Shown: positions 1-9,351 of the stretch, in pieces
Numbering within the stretch: position 1 is the first letter of the stretch
Layout of the letters: the number at the start of each line of letters is the position of its first letter
Origin: an uncultured beta proteobacterium
Lineage (GTDB): Bacteria > Pseudomonadota > Gammaproteobacteria > Burkholderiales > Casimicrobiaceae
Length of the DNA stretch: 64,000 nt
Direction of reading: 5' to 3'
NCBI GenBank assembly: GCA_963833295.1
Contig: CAWHXL010000007.1
Coordinates: 9,607 to 73,606 of the forward strand
Made by a program: the position numbers and the translations under genes
Notes under the pieces: model-generated
Told to the model about the DNA's origin: nothing
Seen by the model: the letters and a program-made list of their open reading frames with translations, nothing else
Databases searched by the model: none

Positions 1-178
1 CGGCCGAGACAAAGCGTTCCAAAGCGCGCGCACGTGGTGTTGCAAGCTACAGCTGACGCGCCGTTTTTTGGGCCGCCTCGCGCAGGGAACGCAGGTGCGC
101 CAGTCTGCAAATCGGGAGTGTGCGGCGTCGAGGTCGCCATGTCATTGTCATACGCTGCCTAGCATGAATTAGACCCTC

Positions 179-206
179 TTGACAACCCAGAAAACGGGAG
201 TACAAC
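179..206 (+). promoter_or_regulatory. candidate sigma70-type promoter upstream of the repeat-protein gene
   Basis: TTGACA at 179-184, a 16-nt spacer, then TACAAC at 201-206, about 100 nt upstream of ATG 307. Motif match only. Confidence 0.25.
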
Positions 207-306
207 TACGCCACTTGATGCAGATCAAGGCCGCTTGGCCCGGTGCTGTCATCGCGGCAAATTGCGGTGTGCCGAGTCTGCCAACAATCTTGGGGAAGGA
301 AAAAAA

Positions 307-2376
307 ATGACACGCACGAACAAGTACTTCGGCCTCTGGTTGGCGTTTGCGCTCGCAGCGTTCGCGCTGGCGTCTGGCGCCGCCTTTGCAGATGACGACA
401 AGTCGTATACGGTCACTGCGACGCCAAACGCGACGGCCCCAGGGACGTCACCCGCAACGGTGGTACTTACGCTCAAGACCACAGGCAACTCGACGTTCAA
501 GGCGTATAGCGTCGTGTTTCCCACTTCTGGATATACGGTCAGCGCGACCAACGCCACTGCAAGCAACGGATCGATTACTCCCGTCGCCGGGGGACTGCAA
601 GTCAGCAACATCAACCTCCCTGTGGGGGCCCAGACCGAGACCGTCACGTTGACAATCATGGGAGTGACCACCACCGGCGCGTGCGGTGGTACGGGCGTGT
701 CGGGTACCTGGACGGTGCAACCCTGGACCGGTTCCACGGTAGGCAGCGGCACGAAATTCAAGCCATCACCAGGTAGTGCGACGACGTCTATTCGGCCCTC
801 GTGCGCCAAGCTGACGGTGACCAAGGCGGTGGTCAACACTGGCGGCGGTACCAAGGGCGTCGCCGACTTCCCGCTGAAGCTGGATACAAACACGCCGTTG
901 ACGTCGGGCACGCAGATCACGACGACCACGGGTACGCATACCGTCAGTGCGACGGGCGATGCGGCCTACACGGCGTCGTTCAGCGCCGACTGCGCGGGCG
1001 GCTCGATCACCCTGGCCGCGGGCGACGTGAAGAGCTGCACGATCACCAACACCTTCAATGCGCCGAAGCTGACGGTGACCAAGGCGGTGGTCAACACTGG
1101 CGGCGGTACCAAGGGCGTCGCCGACTTCCCGCTGAAGCTGGATACAAACACGCCGTTGACGTCGGGCACGCAGATCACGACGACCACGGGTACGCATACC
1201 GTCAGTGAGACGGGCGATGCGGCCTACACGGCGTCGTTCAGCGCCGACTGCGCGGGCGGCTCGATCACCCTGGCCGCGGGCGACGTGAAGAGCTGCACGA
1301 TCACCAACACCTTCAATGCGCCGAAGCTGACGGTGACCAAGGCGGTGGTCAACACTGGCGGCGGTACCAAGGGCGTCGCCGACTTCCCGCTGAAGCTGGA
1401 TACAAACACGCCGTTGACGTCGGGCACGCAGATCACGACGACCACGGGTACGCATACCGTCAGTGAGACGGGCGATGCGGCCTACACGGCGTCGTTCAGC
1501 GCCGACTGCGCGGGCGGCTCGATCACCCTGGCCGCGGGCGACGTGAAGAGCTGCACGATCACCAACACGTTTAAGACCTTCATTCTGACCTACACGGCGG
1601 GGGCTGGCGGTACCGTAAACAATGCGGCGTCGGTGACGCAGACCGTGGGCTATGGCCAAAACGGAAGCGCGGTGACAGCGACGGCCAATCCCAGCTATCG
1701 GTTCGTCAAATGGACGCCTGGCGATAGCACGGATCCCACACGCACGGACACGAATATTACGACCACGCTTTCGCTCACCGCCAACTTTGGAGGCACGCTC
1801 TCCTTCACGACGCCACCGCATGGCGCCCTTGCGGGCGGTTTCATAGGCCCTGTTGTGATCGCGTGTAACAACATCATTGACTCGCCGCTCGTAACCATAT
1901 CCATTGACCAAGGCGGGGTGACGGGGAACACGGCGCAGTGCGTCAGCGGAGTCGCAACGTTCCCCAACATCGCGACAACTGCCGATACTCTGCCCGGGGA
2001 CCACACGTTCACGGCGATGACCAACGATTACCCCAGCGGCAATCCGGCCACAGCCACGACGTTGATCACCGTCAAAGCCAAGACCGGCATCCTTTATTGC
2101 GATGATGGCAGTGGAAATCCCCCGCCAGGCGGTACAACCACGACCGACACGGAGATTTCCGGTCTGGCCTCCTCGACCATTTCGCGGAAGCCAAACAAGG
2201 ACGGCAGCCCATGCGTCGCGGTTCCGTACGTGTTCAGCGTCGACGATGCCACCAAGACGGTAACGGTCATCTGGGACGAACTGGCGCAGCCGAATGCGGT
2301 CATCGACGTTGAGGCGGAGTGGCCACCTGAGCTGGTCGACCCGGTAACGCAGCTATCCCAATCCGACATACTATGA
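307..2376 (+). CDS. secreted repeat-domain surface protein (signal peptide, three Ig-like/prealbumin-type repeats, InlB B-repeat-like segment)
   Basis: ORF 235..2376. I start it at ATG 307, with GGAAGGA just upstream, because MTRTNKYFGLWLAFALAAFALASGAAFA reads as a Sec signal peptide. Three 86-aa repeats follow (KLTVTKAVVNTGGGTKGVADFPLKLD...SCTITNTF), then YRFVKWTPGDS...LTANF, which resembles Flg_new/InlB B-repeats. Family names are from motif recall. Confidence 0.85.
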   Translation: MTRTNKYFGLWLAFALAAFALASGAAFADDDKSYTVTATPNATAPGTSPATVVLTLKTTGNSTFKAYSVVFPTSGYTVSATNATASNGSITPVAGGLQVSNINLPVGAQTETVTLTIMGVTTTGACGGTGVSGTWTVQPWTGSTVGSGTKFKPSPGSATTSIRPSCAKLTVTKAVVNTGGGTKGVADFPLKLDTNTPLTSGTQITTTTGTHTVSATGDAAYTASFSADCAGGSITLAAGDVKSCTITNTFNAPKLTVTKAVVNTGGGTKGVADFPLKLDTNTPLTSGTQITTTTGTHTVSETGDAAYTASFSADCAGGSITLAAGDVKSCTITNTFNAPKLTVTKAVVNTGGGTKGVADFPLKLDTNTPLTSGTQITTTTGTHTVSETGDAAYTASFSADCAGGSITLAAGDVKSCTITNTFKTFILTYTAGAGGTVNNAASVTQTVGYGQNGSAVTATANPSYRFVKWTPGDSTDPTRTDTNITTTLSLTANFGGTLSFTTPPHGALAGGFIGPVVIACNNIIDSPLVTISIDQGGVTGNTAQCVSGVATFPNIATTADTLPGDHTFTAMTNDYPSGNPATATTLITVKAKTGILYCDDGSGNPPPGGTTTTDTEISGLASSTISRKPNKDGSPCVAVPYVFSVDDATKTVTVIWDELAQPNAVIDVEAEWPPELVDPVTQLSQSDIL
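802..1567 (+). repeat. three tandem near-identical 258-bp coding repeats
   Basis: Units start at about 808, 1066 and 1324 (aagctgacggtgaccaaggcggtggtc...). The only difference I found between copies 1 and 2 is agtgcgacg versus agtgagacg. Copy 3 diverges at about 1567. The antisense ORFs 966..1187 and 1224..1445 have identical translations, confirming the repeat. Confidence 0.95.
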
Positions 2377-2383
2377 CTTTGGC

Positions 2384-2923
2384 ATGGGGACATACCGCGC
2401 ACGGCGGTGCCTGAGCAAGTCCCCCGTGACCAATCCTCCGACGCTGCCCGGTCCGCCGGAAATCATTGGGACGCTGACGACCGACATTGATGCAGTTCGA
2501 GCCCAGGAACTGCCGATTCTCTCGATCGGGATCACCTTCAACGGGAAGGAGCCCGGGTCGTATCCGTACCCGATCATCATCCGCAGCAGCGATGGAGTTA
2601 ACGATCCGGAACGCTTCCTGGTGACGGGCGGGCCGCTTGGTGGCCCCTTCATCGTCACCCGCGGAACCGGGAAGACTGTCAAGTCCCTCCACAATGGTTC
2701 GGAGTTGCTGCCCGTAGTGTGGACGCCGGCGCCGCTGGACGATGGGTCCGGAACGACCGCCGAGGCGGGCACTCAGGTGGGGGTGTGCATCAGGGATGAA
2801 ATTCCGACCACGCTGAGCCTCGATGCCCCGGGATGTCCGACGCAGACTGCCGAGCCGCTGAAGGCGTGCATCGAGGTCAAGTCCTTCATGTGGGCCATCG
2901 GCGACCTGCAGATGAGTCGGTGA
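2384..2923 (+). CDS. hypothetical protein (possibly a frame-shifted C-terminal continuation of the upstream surface protein)
   Basis: 179-aa ORF starting 8 nt after the upstream stop, with no obvious RBS. I recognise no motif. It is followed by a strong hairpin at 2963-2990. Confidence 0.4.
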   Translation: MGTYRARRCLSKSPVTNPPTLPGPPEIIGTLTTDIDAVRAQELPILSIGITFNGKEPGSYPYPIIIRSSDGVNDPERFLVTGGPLGGPFIVTRGTGKTVKSLHNGSELLPVVWTPAPLDDGSGTTAEAGTQVGVCIRDEIPTTLSLDAPGCPTQTAEPLKACIEVKSFMWAIGDLQMSR

Positions 2924-2962
2924 TGGGTACTGCCTGATACCAATGCGTGACAGAGGTGTAAC

Positions 2963-2990
2963 GAAGAGCGGCCCCGCGGGGCCGCTCTTC
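2963..2990. terminator. GC-rich hairpin between convergent genes (possible bidirectional terminator)
   Basis: gaagagcggcccc-gc-ggggccgctcttc forms a perfect 13-bp stem. It lies between the stop at 2923 (+) and the stop at 3001 (-). There is no clear U-tract on either strand. Confidence 0.4.
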
Positions 2991-3000
2991 GCTTATGCGC

Positions 3001-6000
3001 CTATCGCGCAGTGAGTGGCACGTCCGGGACGGCCCGGAGCTTCAGGCTGGCGATGAGGGAGCGGCTCTCGCTCACGATTTCGGGTGCGGGCTCGACGCCC
3101 TCGACGCCGGCAAGCTCGATCAGCGCGTGCAACGTCAGCGCCACCTCGAAGAGGTCGCGCCGCGTTCTGGCTGCGGCGAGGCTCGCTTGCAGCGCCTGCC
3201 GGGCGCCCGCAAGGTCCCCCTGCTGGAGCAGCGCGTAGCCGCGCACGCGCTCCAGCAGCGGCACGACGCTCGCCACGCCCTGTCGACGACGCGGCGCGGC
3301 TGAGCGTGCCGTCCGCCAACGCGAGGGCGGCGACGGGATCCCCCATGACGACGCGGCATTCCGCGATCCGGGCATCGACGTCCAGGACTCGCTGCTGCGA
3401 TCCGACGTGCAGAAAGTGGGACTTTGCCTCGTCGAAGCGGCGTAGCGCTTCGTCGAAACGACCGGTGCGAAGCGACGACTCGCCCGAGCATACAACAGGC
3501 AGTCGCCCAGGAAGTCGCGGTGGTTGCAGCGCCCGCCAAAGGGGCAGCGATTCGAGCAGGAGCGTCCTCGGCCTCGGCCAACTCGCCGCGGTCGGCCAGG
3601 ATCTCGGCGATGTTGAGGCGCGCCAAGCTCGGCGTTCAACGTGTCGCCGATCTTCAGGGACTCTTCGCGACCCCGCTCGAAGTAGGACAGCGGCCTCGTC
3701 CCAGCGGCCTTCCCATGCGCACGACGACGCCGAGGTTCGACAGGAGGCCCGCCTGCCTTTCCAGGTTGCCCGATCGCTGGTAGGCCTCCAGCGAACGCTG
3801 CAGAAGCGACTCCACGCCCTCCTTGCCGAGCTCGCCGTACGCCCACCCCATCACGAAGTAAGCGGCGCCGAGCGCCTCCGCGTCGTCGACAGCCTCGGCC
3901 TCGCCAATCGCGCGTTCGGCCCAGCGGATCGCGTCGTTGCTCCGGCCTTCGGCCTGGAGCACCGTCGCGTACCAGCCGTCCGACTGCGCGCCCTGCCGGC
4001 CGGCCTCCGGGCCCGCCAGTTCCGTCGAGGGTCTCGGCGCGCCGCGCGGCCCAGCGCAGCGCCTGCGGATACTTGCCCGAGCTTCTCTTCCATCGCGCGA
4101 GCGCTTGAGCAGCAGACCGGCGTCCATCAGCGGGTCGCTCGCGACCAGCCGGCGGGCGGCGGTATAGGCTGTCGGTCGCCTTCGGAACTCGCCGGCCTGG
4201 TTCCACGAATCCCCCAGGGCCTCGTGCACGGCGGCGAGCTCCTGCGCGCCGACATCCTCGAGGCGGCGCCCGGCTTCCAGCGCGCGCGAGTAGAATCGGG
4301 CGGCTTCGACGTACGCGTAGACCTCCGTCGGCGCGCTTGCCGGCGACCGAGGCGTACCGCCAGGCGACCGGCTGATACTCGCCGGCGACGAGGTAGTGCA
4401 GCGAAAGGATGCCCGCGAGACTTCTTCCGGATCGTCCGGCTTCCTGCGCAATCCGCGCCGCGACGGCGCCGTGGAGCCGGCGCCGAAGCTTGTACGGCAG
4501 TCCCTCGTAGGCCGCGTCGCGCAGCAGCGAACGGCGGAATCGCAGATAGCCGTCGGATTCCTCCTCGAAGAGATCCTGCAGCCGGGCCCACGTGGCCGGG
4601 CTCCGGCAGCTCGCCCTCGTCGTCATCGGCGAACCAGGACAGCATCCGCGGATGGAACGTCTGCCCGAACACCGCGGCGCGGCGGACGAGCGCCCGGTCC
4701 TCGGGCGCGAGGGCGTCGATCCGCGCCATCGCGGCGGCTTCGGCCGAGTCGGGCAGGCCGCCGACACCGCCGGAGTCGATCGCGGCGTGCAACAGGTCGC
4801 GCAGGAACTGCGGATTCCCGCCCGATCGCTGCGCCACGACCTCGATGACGTGCATGGGCAGCGGATGTTGCTCGGTCGCCGAGCTGCACCATGCGCAGCG
4901 CATCCTTCGGGGCAAGCGGCTCGAGATGCGATCCGCAACACCGTGGGCGCATCGGGCGCCGTGAATCCGGCGTCGGACGGGCGGCGGGCCACGCCGATCA
5001 GCCACGGCCGGCTGTCGATCCTTTCGGTGAGGTACGAGAGGAGCTCGGCCGAGGCCTCGTCCATGTGGTGCGCGTTCTCGATCTCGATGAGCTGCCGCTT
5101 CGGGCATCATGACTTCGAGGAAGCGGCGTACGGACTTGTGCAATATTCGCGCGCCGGTTCGCTTCGGCCAGCAGTTCGACTTCCGGCGTCGGCGCGACGT
5201 CGAGGTCGAGCGCGATCGCGATCAGCGGCAGCCACGGCGTGAGGTCGGGCGCGCGGGTCGCCACTTCGGAGCTCAGGCGCTCGACGATGACGTCCTCGGG
5301 ATCGTCGCGCCCGAAATCCATGTAGCTCGCGCAGGAGCTCGCGCCACACGCGCGTACGGCGTCGACGCGGTGTAGGCCTCGCAGGACGCGCGGAGCTTGC
5401 GGGAATCCCGTCGCCTCGTCGCGCAGCGCTTCGAGCAGGCGCGTCTTGCCGACGCCGGCTTCCCCGACGATCTCGATCAGCCGTCCCGCGCCGGCGCGCG
5501 CGCTGGCGAGCGCCTCGCGCATCTGCGCGAGCTCCGCATCGCGACCGATCAACGGCAGCCGCGCCAGCGCGACGTGCCGCGTCCGCGAACCCTGGGCCTT
5601 GCCGACCGACCACGCCTGAACCGGCCTGCGCCTTGCCCTTGACGGTGAACGGCTCGAGCTCGGTCGTCTCGAACAGCGTGTTCGAGCGGTCGAGCACGTC
5701 GGCCGTCGCGTAGATCTGGCCCGGCCCCGCCTTGGCCATCAGGCGCGCGGCCAGATTGACCGCGTCGCCCATCACCGTATACGTGCGGCGGTAGCCGGGC
5801 CCGATGTCGCCGGCGAATACCGAGCCGCGATTGACGCCGATCGCGGATCGGGATCGGGAGCTCGGTCTCGACGATCTTGCGCAGCGCGAGCAGCATGCGC
5901 TCCTCGTCGTCACCGGTGACGGTTGGGCGCGCCGGCCGTCAGGATCAGCTTGCCGCCATCGGCGTCGACGTCGGAGGCGAGGAACGTGACGCCCTGTTCC

Positions 6001-6973
6001 TCGATGGCCGCATCGACGACGCTCACCAGTCGGTGCAATGCGTCGGCCGTCGCGTCGGGACCGCTGCTGCTCGATCAACGCGTCGATCCCGTCGAAATGG
6101 ATGAAGGCGATCGTGACCGGACGGTGCTCGGAGGTTCCGCCGCCCGCGAGCACGTGCGCGCGGATCGCCGGCGACAGGCAGTGCGCGATCGTTTCGCGCG
6201 GCATCGTCGGCCGCGGTGGCAGCGGCATGCATCGGCGATTGGCCCGGGGGCTCCCGCTTGAGCAGCACACCGGGACCTTTTGCTTCACCCAGGCAGCGCG
6301 CGGCAGCAACGCGGCGGTCTCGTTGCTGACCAGGATCTCGCCAGCGGTCGCCGCGTGCTCCATCGCGACGAGGCGGCTCCAGGCCGGGCCGGCCGGCAGC
6401 AGCTCGAGGTGCGACGTGCCGACCGCGAAGAAATGGAAGTGCGCCCGAATGCACGCCCTGCGACATCCGCAGCGTGACCTTCGCGCCCGGAACCTCGATC
6501 CGGCCGACGGTGCGCAGCACCCGGCGCATCAGGATCGTCGCGCGACACGCCCGCACGGCGTGACCGTCGCCCTCGAACCAAAGGAGCAGCGCGTCGCCGC
6601 CGAACTTGAGCAGGCTGCCGCCGTTCTCGTAGGCGACGTGCAGGATCGATTCGAAACTGCCGCCGATCGCCTCGGTGATCTGCTCGGCGCCTTCGCGGCC
6701 CTTGCGCGCGAGCCGTTCCGACAGCTTCGTGAAGCCCGGAGATGTCGACGAACGCCGCGGTTCCGTCGGCCGTCCAGTAGCGCGGCTCTCCGGATCGTCG
6801 ACCAGATGCTGGTGCAGGATCCGGGCGAAATATCGGCCGGCACCACCGGGGTCGGCGACGCTTCCAGGTGACGATGGGGGAGGCTCGCGCGGGGTTTCCG
6901 CAATCGAAGTCTGGCGTTGCACGGGATCGGATAATTCGAGAGCGGAAGTGCTGGGCGGGTCTGGGTCGTTCAT
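3001..6973 (-). pseudogene. regulator with two class III nucleotidyl cyclase domains, an AAA ATPase and TPR repeats; frame-disrupted (at least 8 frame changes)
   Basis: The gene is spread over minus-strand ORFs 6023..7066, 6285..6581, 5107..6363, 4998..5552, 4127..5143, 3654..4451, 3135..3626 and 3001..5064. Motifs: FTKLSERL...LLKFGGDALLLWFEG (cyclase 1); YTVMGDAVNLAARLMAKAGPGQIY (cyclase 2); GRLIEIVGEAGVGKTRLLEAL (Walker A); helical TPR-like repeats towards the 3001 end. Start is ATG at 6973 (MNDPDPP). Confidence 0.8.
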
Positions 6974-7081
6974 CACGTCGGTAGGCGTCGAAACGTTGTG
7001 CAGCGGGGGATCACGAGCGGGAGCGCGTGGCGGCAGCACGCACACGCTTGCGCGCCGCTTGCGCACGATAATGATGCCGGT

Positions 7082-7810
7082 TCAGCGTGTCGAGCGATAG
7101 ATGCACTTGACGCCGTTCCATTGCGAATGGAGCTTGTTGACGTCGATCTCGAAGACTCGTTCGAGGTCCTCGCCGAAGGTCGGGGACTTTTCGAAGGGCA
7201 GATACTCGCCCTCGACGCAGGGCGCGAACGCCATCCCGAATCGCCGCAGATAGTCGCCGAACGGCACCAGCACGCCGTCCTTCCAGATCTCGACGAGCCG
7301 CTGATATTCGGGGGGCAATTCCGGGCGCAGTTCCTCGGCGTCGATCTTCGCGAGGCCGTCGTCGCGCAGGATGCGGCTCACCTCGCGCAGCACCGCCACC
7401 TTGTTGCCGAAGTAGCGCCAGGCGACCTGGCTGTAGATGATGTCGAAGCTGTCGTCGTCGAACGGCAAGCCGTCCGCGACGTCGCAGTACGTGATCGCCG
7501 GCAACGGGTGGGCAAGGGGAGCATCCTGCGGAATCAATCCGTGCTCGAGTCCGTTGCGCAGCAGGATGTCGGCGTTGCCGTCGCCGTATTCGCGGTTGAT
7601 GCCGTGAACCTCGACCCGCGGACCGTAGCGCTGGGCGAGCTCGAGCAGGACGGTGCCGTAGCCGCAGCCCAGCTCCAGCACCCGGACGTTCGGGCGGCGG
7701 GCAAGGCGCTCGTCGATGTCGGTGAATACGCCCCCGACGCGATCGACGAGTGCGGCGTGCCCGCGCGCCCGGAAGGGCAGCTTGGCCCGATATTTGGCGT
7801 CGCGGATCAT
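7082..7810 (-). CDS. class I SAM-dependent methyltransferase
   Basis: Intact 242-aa ORF with motif I VLELGCGYG and a later LREVSRILRDDG segment. Confidence 0.85.
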   Translation of the reverse strand: MIRDAKYRAKLPFRARGHAALVDRVGGVFTDIDERLARRPNVRVLELGCGYGTVLLELAQRYGPRVEVHGINREYGDGNADILLRNGLEHGLIPQDAPLAHPLPAITYCDVADGLPFDDDSFDIIYSQVAWRYFGNKVAVLREVSRILRDDGLAKIDAEELRPELPPEYQRLVEIWKDGVLVPFGDYLRRFGMAFAPCVEGEYLPFEKSPTFGEDLERVFEIDVNKLHSQWNGVKCIYRSTR

Positions 7811-8060
7811 TGTTAATCTATCTTGTAAAATAAATTACGCATATCATTGTTGATTATTGCTTTTGTCGGCGCATTTGCCCGCCGAACCCGACGGGTAACC
7901 CCGACCGAAGAGGTTCAGACTTGAACCTGGCGCTCGTCTGGCTTTCAAACGGCGTCAAGGATCGTACACGACGGCGGAGTCGTGGATAATGCCCGAATTG
8001 CATAGGGAAAATCGGCGCAACGCAGCAGGCGCCGGTTTCCGTCGTCAGGGGGCGACGAGT
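7811..8060. promoter_or_regulatory. divergent promoter region with an AT-rich core
   Basis: It lies between the divergent starts at 7810 (-) and 8061 (+). Positions 7811-7870 (tgttaatctatcttgtaaaataaattacgcatatcattgttgattattgc) are conspicuously AT-rich against the GC-rich background. Confidence 0.5.
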
Positions 8061-9275
8061 ATGGTCGAAAGACTCAACGACGCACGGATACTGATCTACA
8101 GCCACGACAGCTTCGGCCTCGGCCACCTGCGGCGCTGCCGGGCGATCGCCCACGCGCTGGTCGACCGCTTCAAGGGGCTGTCGATCCTGATTCTGTCGGG
8201 CTCGCCGATCATCGGCAGCTTCGATTTTCGGGCGCGGGTCGACTTCGTCCGCATTCCCGGCGTCATCAAGCTGCACGACGGGGAATATCAGTCGCTGGGG
8301 CTGCACATCGACGTCGAGCAGACGATGGAGATGCGGGCCGCGATCATCCGCCAGACCGCGTTGAGCTTCCGCCCCGACCTGTTCCTGGTCGACAAGGAGC
8401 CGCTCGGGCTCAAAGGCGAGGTGGTGGCTACCCTCGAGATGCTGAAAGCGATGGGGACGACCCTCGTGCTAGGCCTGCGCGACATCATGGACGACCCGAA
8501 GCTCCTGTTTCGCGAATGGGAGCGCAGGAAGGTGCTCCCCGCGCTCGAGCACCTCTATGACGAAATCTGGGTCTACGGCCTCGAGAGCTTCGCCGATCCG
8601 CTCGCCGGCGTGAAGTGTCCGCCTGCCGTGCGCCGGAAGATCGTCTATACCGGATACCTGAAGCGCACGGTGCCGAACCTGACCGGCACGCCGCCCGTTC
8701 CCGTCGGCGGACAGCCGTACTTGCTGGTCACCGTCGGGGGCGGCGACGACGGCATGTCGGTGGTCGACTGGGTGCTGCGCGCCTACGAGCACGATCCCGG
8801 GATCCCGCTGGCGGCTGTGGTGGTGCTCGGACCGTTCATGCCGGCGGCGGCGCAGCGCGGGTTCCGCGAACGTGCCGAGCGGATCGGGCGCATCGACGTG
8901 GTGACGTTCGACACGCACGTCGAGTTGCTGATCGATGGCGCGGTCGGCCTCGTGTCGATGGGCGGCTACAACACCTTCTGCGAGATCCTGTCGCTCGACA
9001 AGCGTGCGATCCTGGTTCCCCGGGTCAAGCCCCGGCGTGAGCAACTGTTGCGCGCAAAGCGCGCCGCGGCGCTGGGGCTGGTGCGCATGCTCGATCCGGA
9101 GGGAGACCACGACCCGGAGGTGATGGCAGCCGCATTGCGCGGGCTCGCGGAGCAACCTTTGCCGTCCGAACGCGGCGCCGCCGCGATGCTGAACGGTCTC
9201 GACGTGATCACCGACCTCGTCGCGGACCACGCGGGTGGGGCTACCTTCGCGAAGGCGCACGTCGCCGGACTCTGA
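8061..9275 (+). CDS. MurG-like (GT28 C-terminal type, COG4671-like) glycosyltransferase
   Basis: ORF 7989..9275. I prefer ATG 8061, which has AGGGGG 9-14 nt upstream. The N-terminus ILIYSHDSFGLGHLRRCRAIAHAL and the C-terminal GGYNTFCEIL are typical of this predicted glycosyltransferase family. Intact. Confidence 0.8.
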   Translation: MVERLNDARILIYSHDSFGLGHLRRCRAIAHALVDRFKGLSILILSGSPIIGSFDFRARVDFVRIPGVIKLHDGEYQSLGLHIDVEQTMEMRAAIIRQTALSFRPDLFLVDKEPLGLKGEVVATLEMLKAMGTTLVLGLRDIMDDPKLLFREWERRKVLPALEHLYDEIWVYGLESFADPLAGVKCPPAVRRKIVYTGYLKRTVPNLTGTPPVPVGGQPYLLVTVGGGDDGMSVVDWVLRAYEHDPGIPLAAVVVLGPFMPAAAQRGFRERAERIGRIDVVTFDTHVELLIDGAVGLVSMGGYNTFCEILSLDKRAILVPRVKPRREQLLRAKRAAALGLVRMLDPEGDHDPEVMAAALRGLAEQPLPSERGAAAMLNGLDVITDLVADHAGGATFAKAHVAGL

Positions 9276-9351
9276 CCGGCGCAAGCCGTTTCCCGGCGCT
9301 GCGTTCGGGTGCCGGTAACTGCACTGCGGAACCGCCACGCGGCGTCTGCCC

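Noticed and set aside
966-1445. Two identical 73-aa minus-strand ORFs (966..1187 and 1224..1445) that could suggest a duplicated small gene.
   Set aside because: They are the antisense image of the 258-bp tandem coding repeats of the plus-strand surface-protein gene.
802-1567. Tandem repeats as a possible CRISPR array or satellite.
   Set aside because: The units are 258 bp, directly abutting with no spacers, and in frame within a signal-peptide-bearing ORF. No cas genes are present.
766-2004. Long antisense or alternative-frame ORFs throughout the track, for example 766..2004(-), 3084..4964(+), 19216..21516(+), 23843..26050(+), 27658..29502(+), 28974..31079(+), 42735..43592(+) and 59139..61070(-).
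   Set aside because: Their translations are Arg/Ala/Gly/Pro-rich low-complexity strings with no motifs. They lie opposite or out of frame with genes that have clear conserved motifs. Stop codons are rare in GC-rich DNA, so such shadow ORFs are expected.
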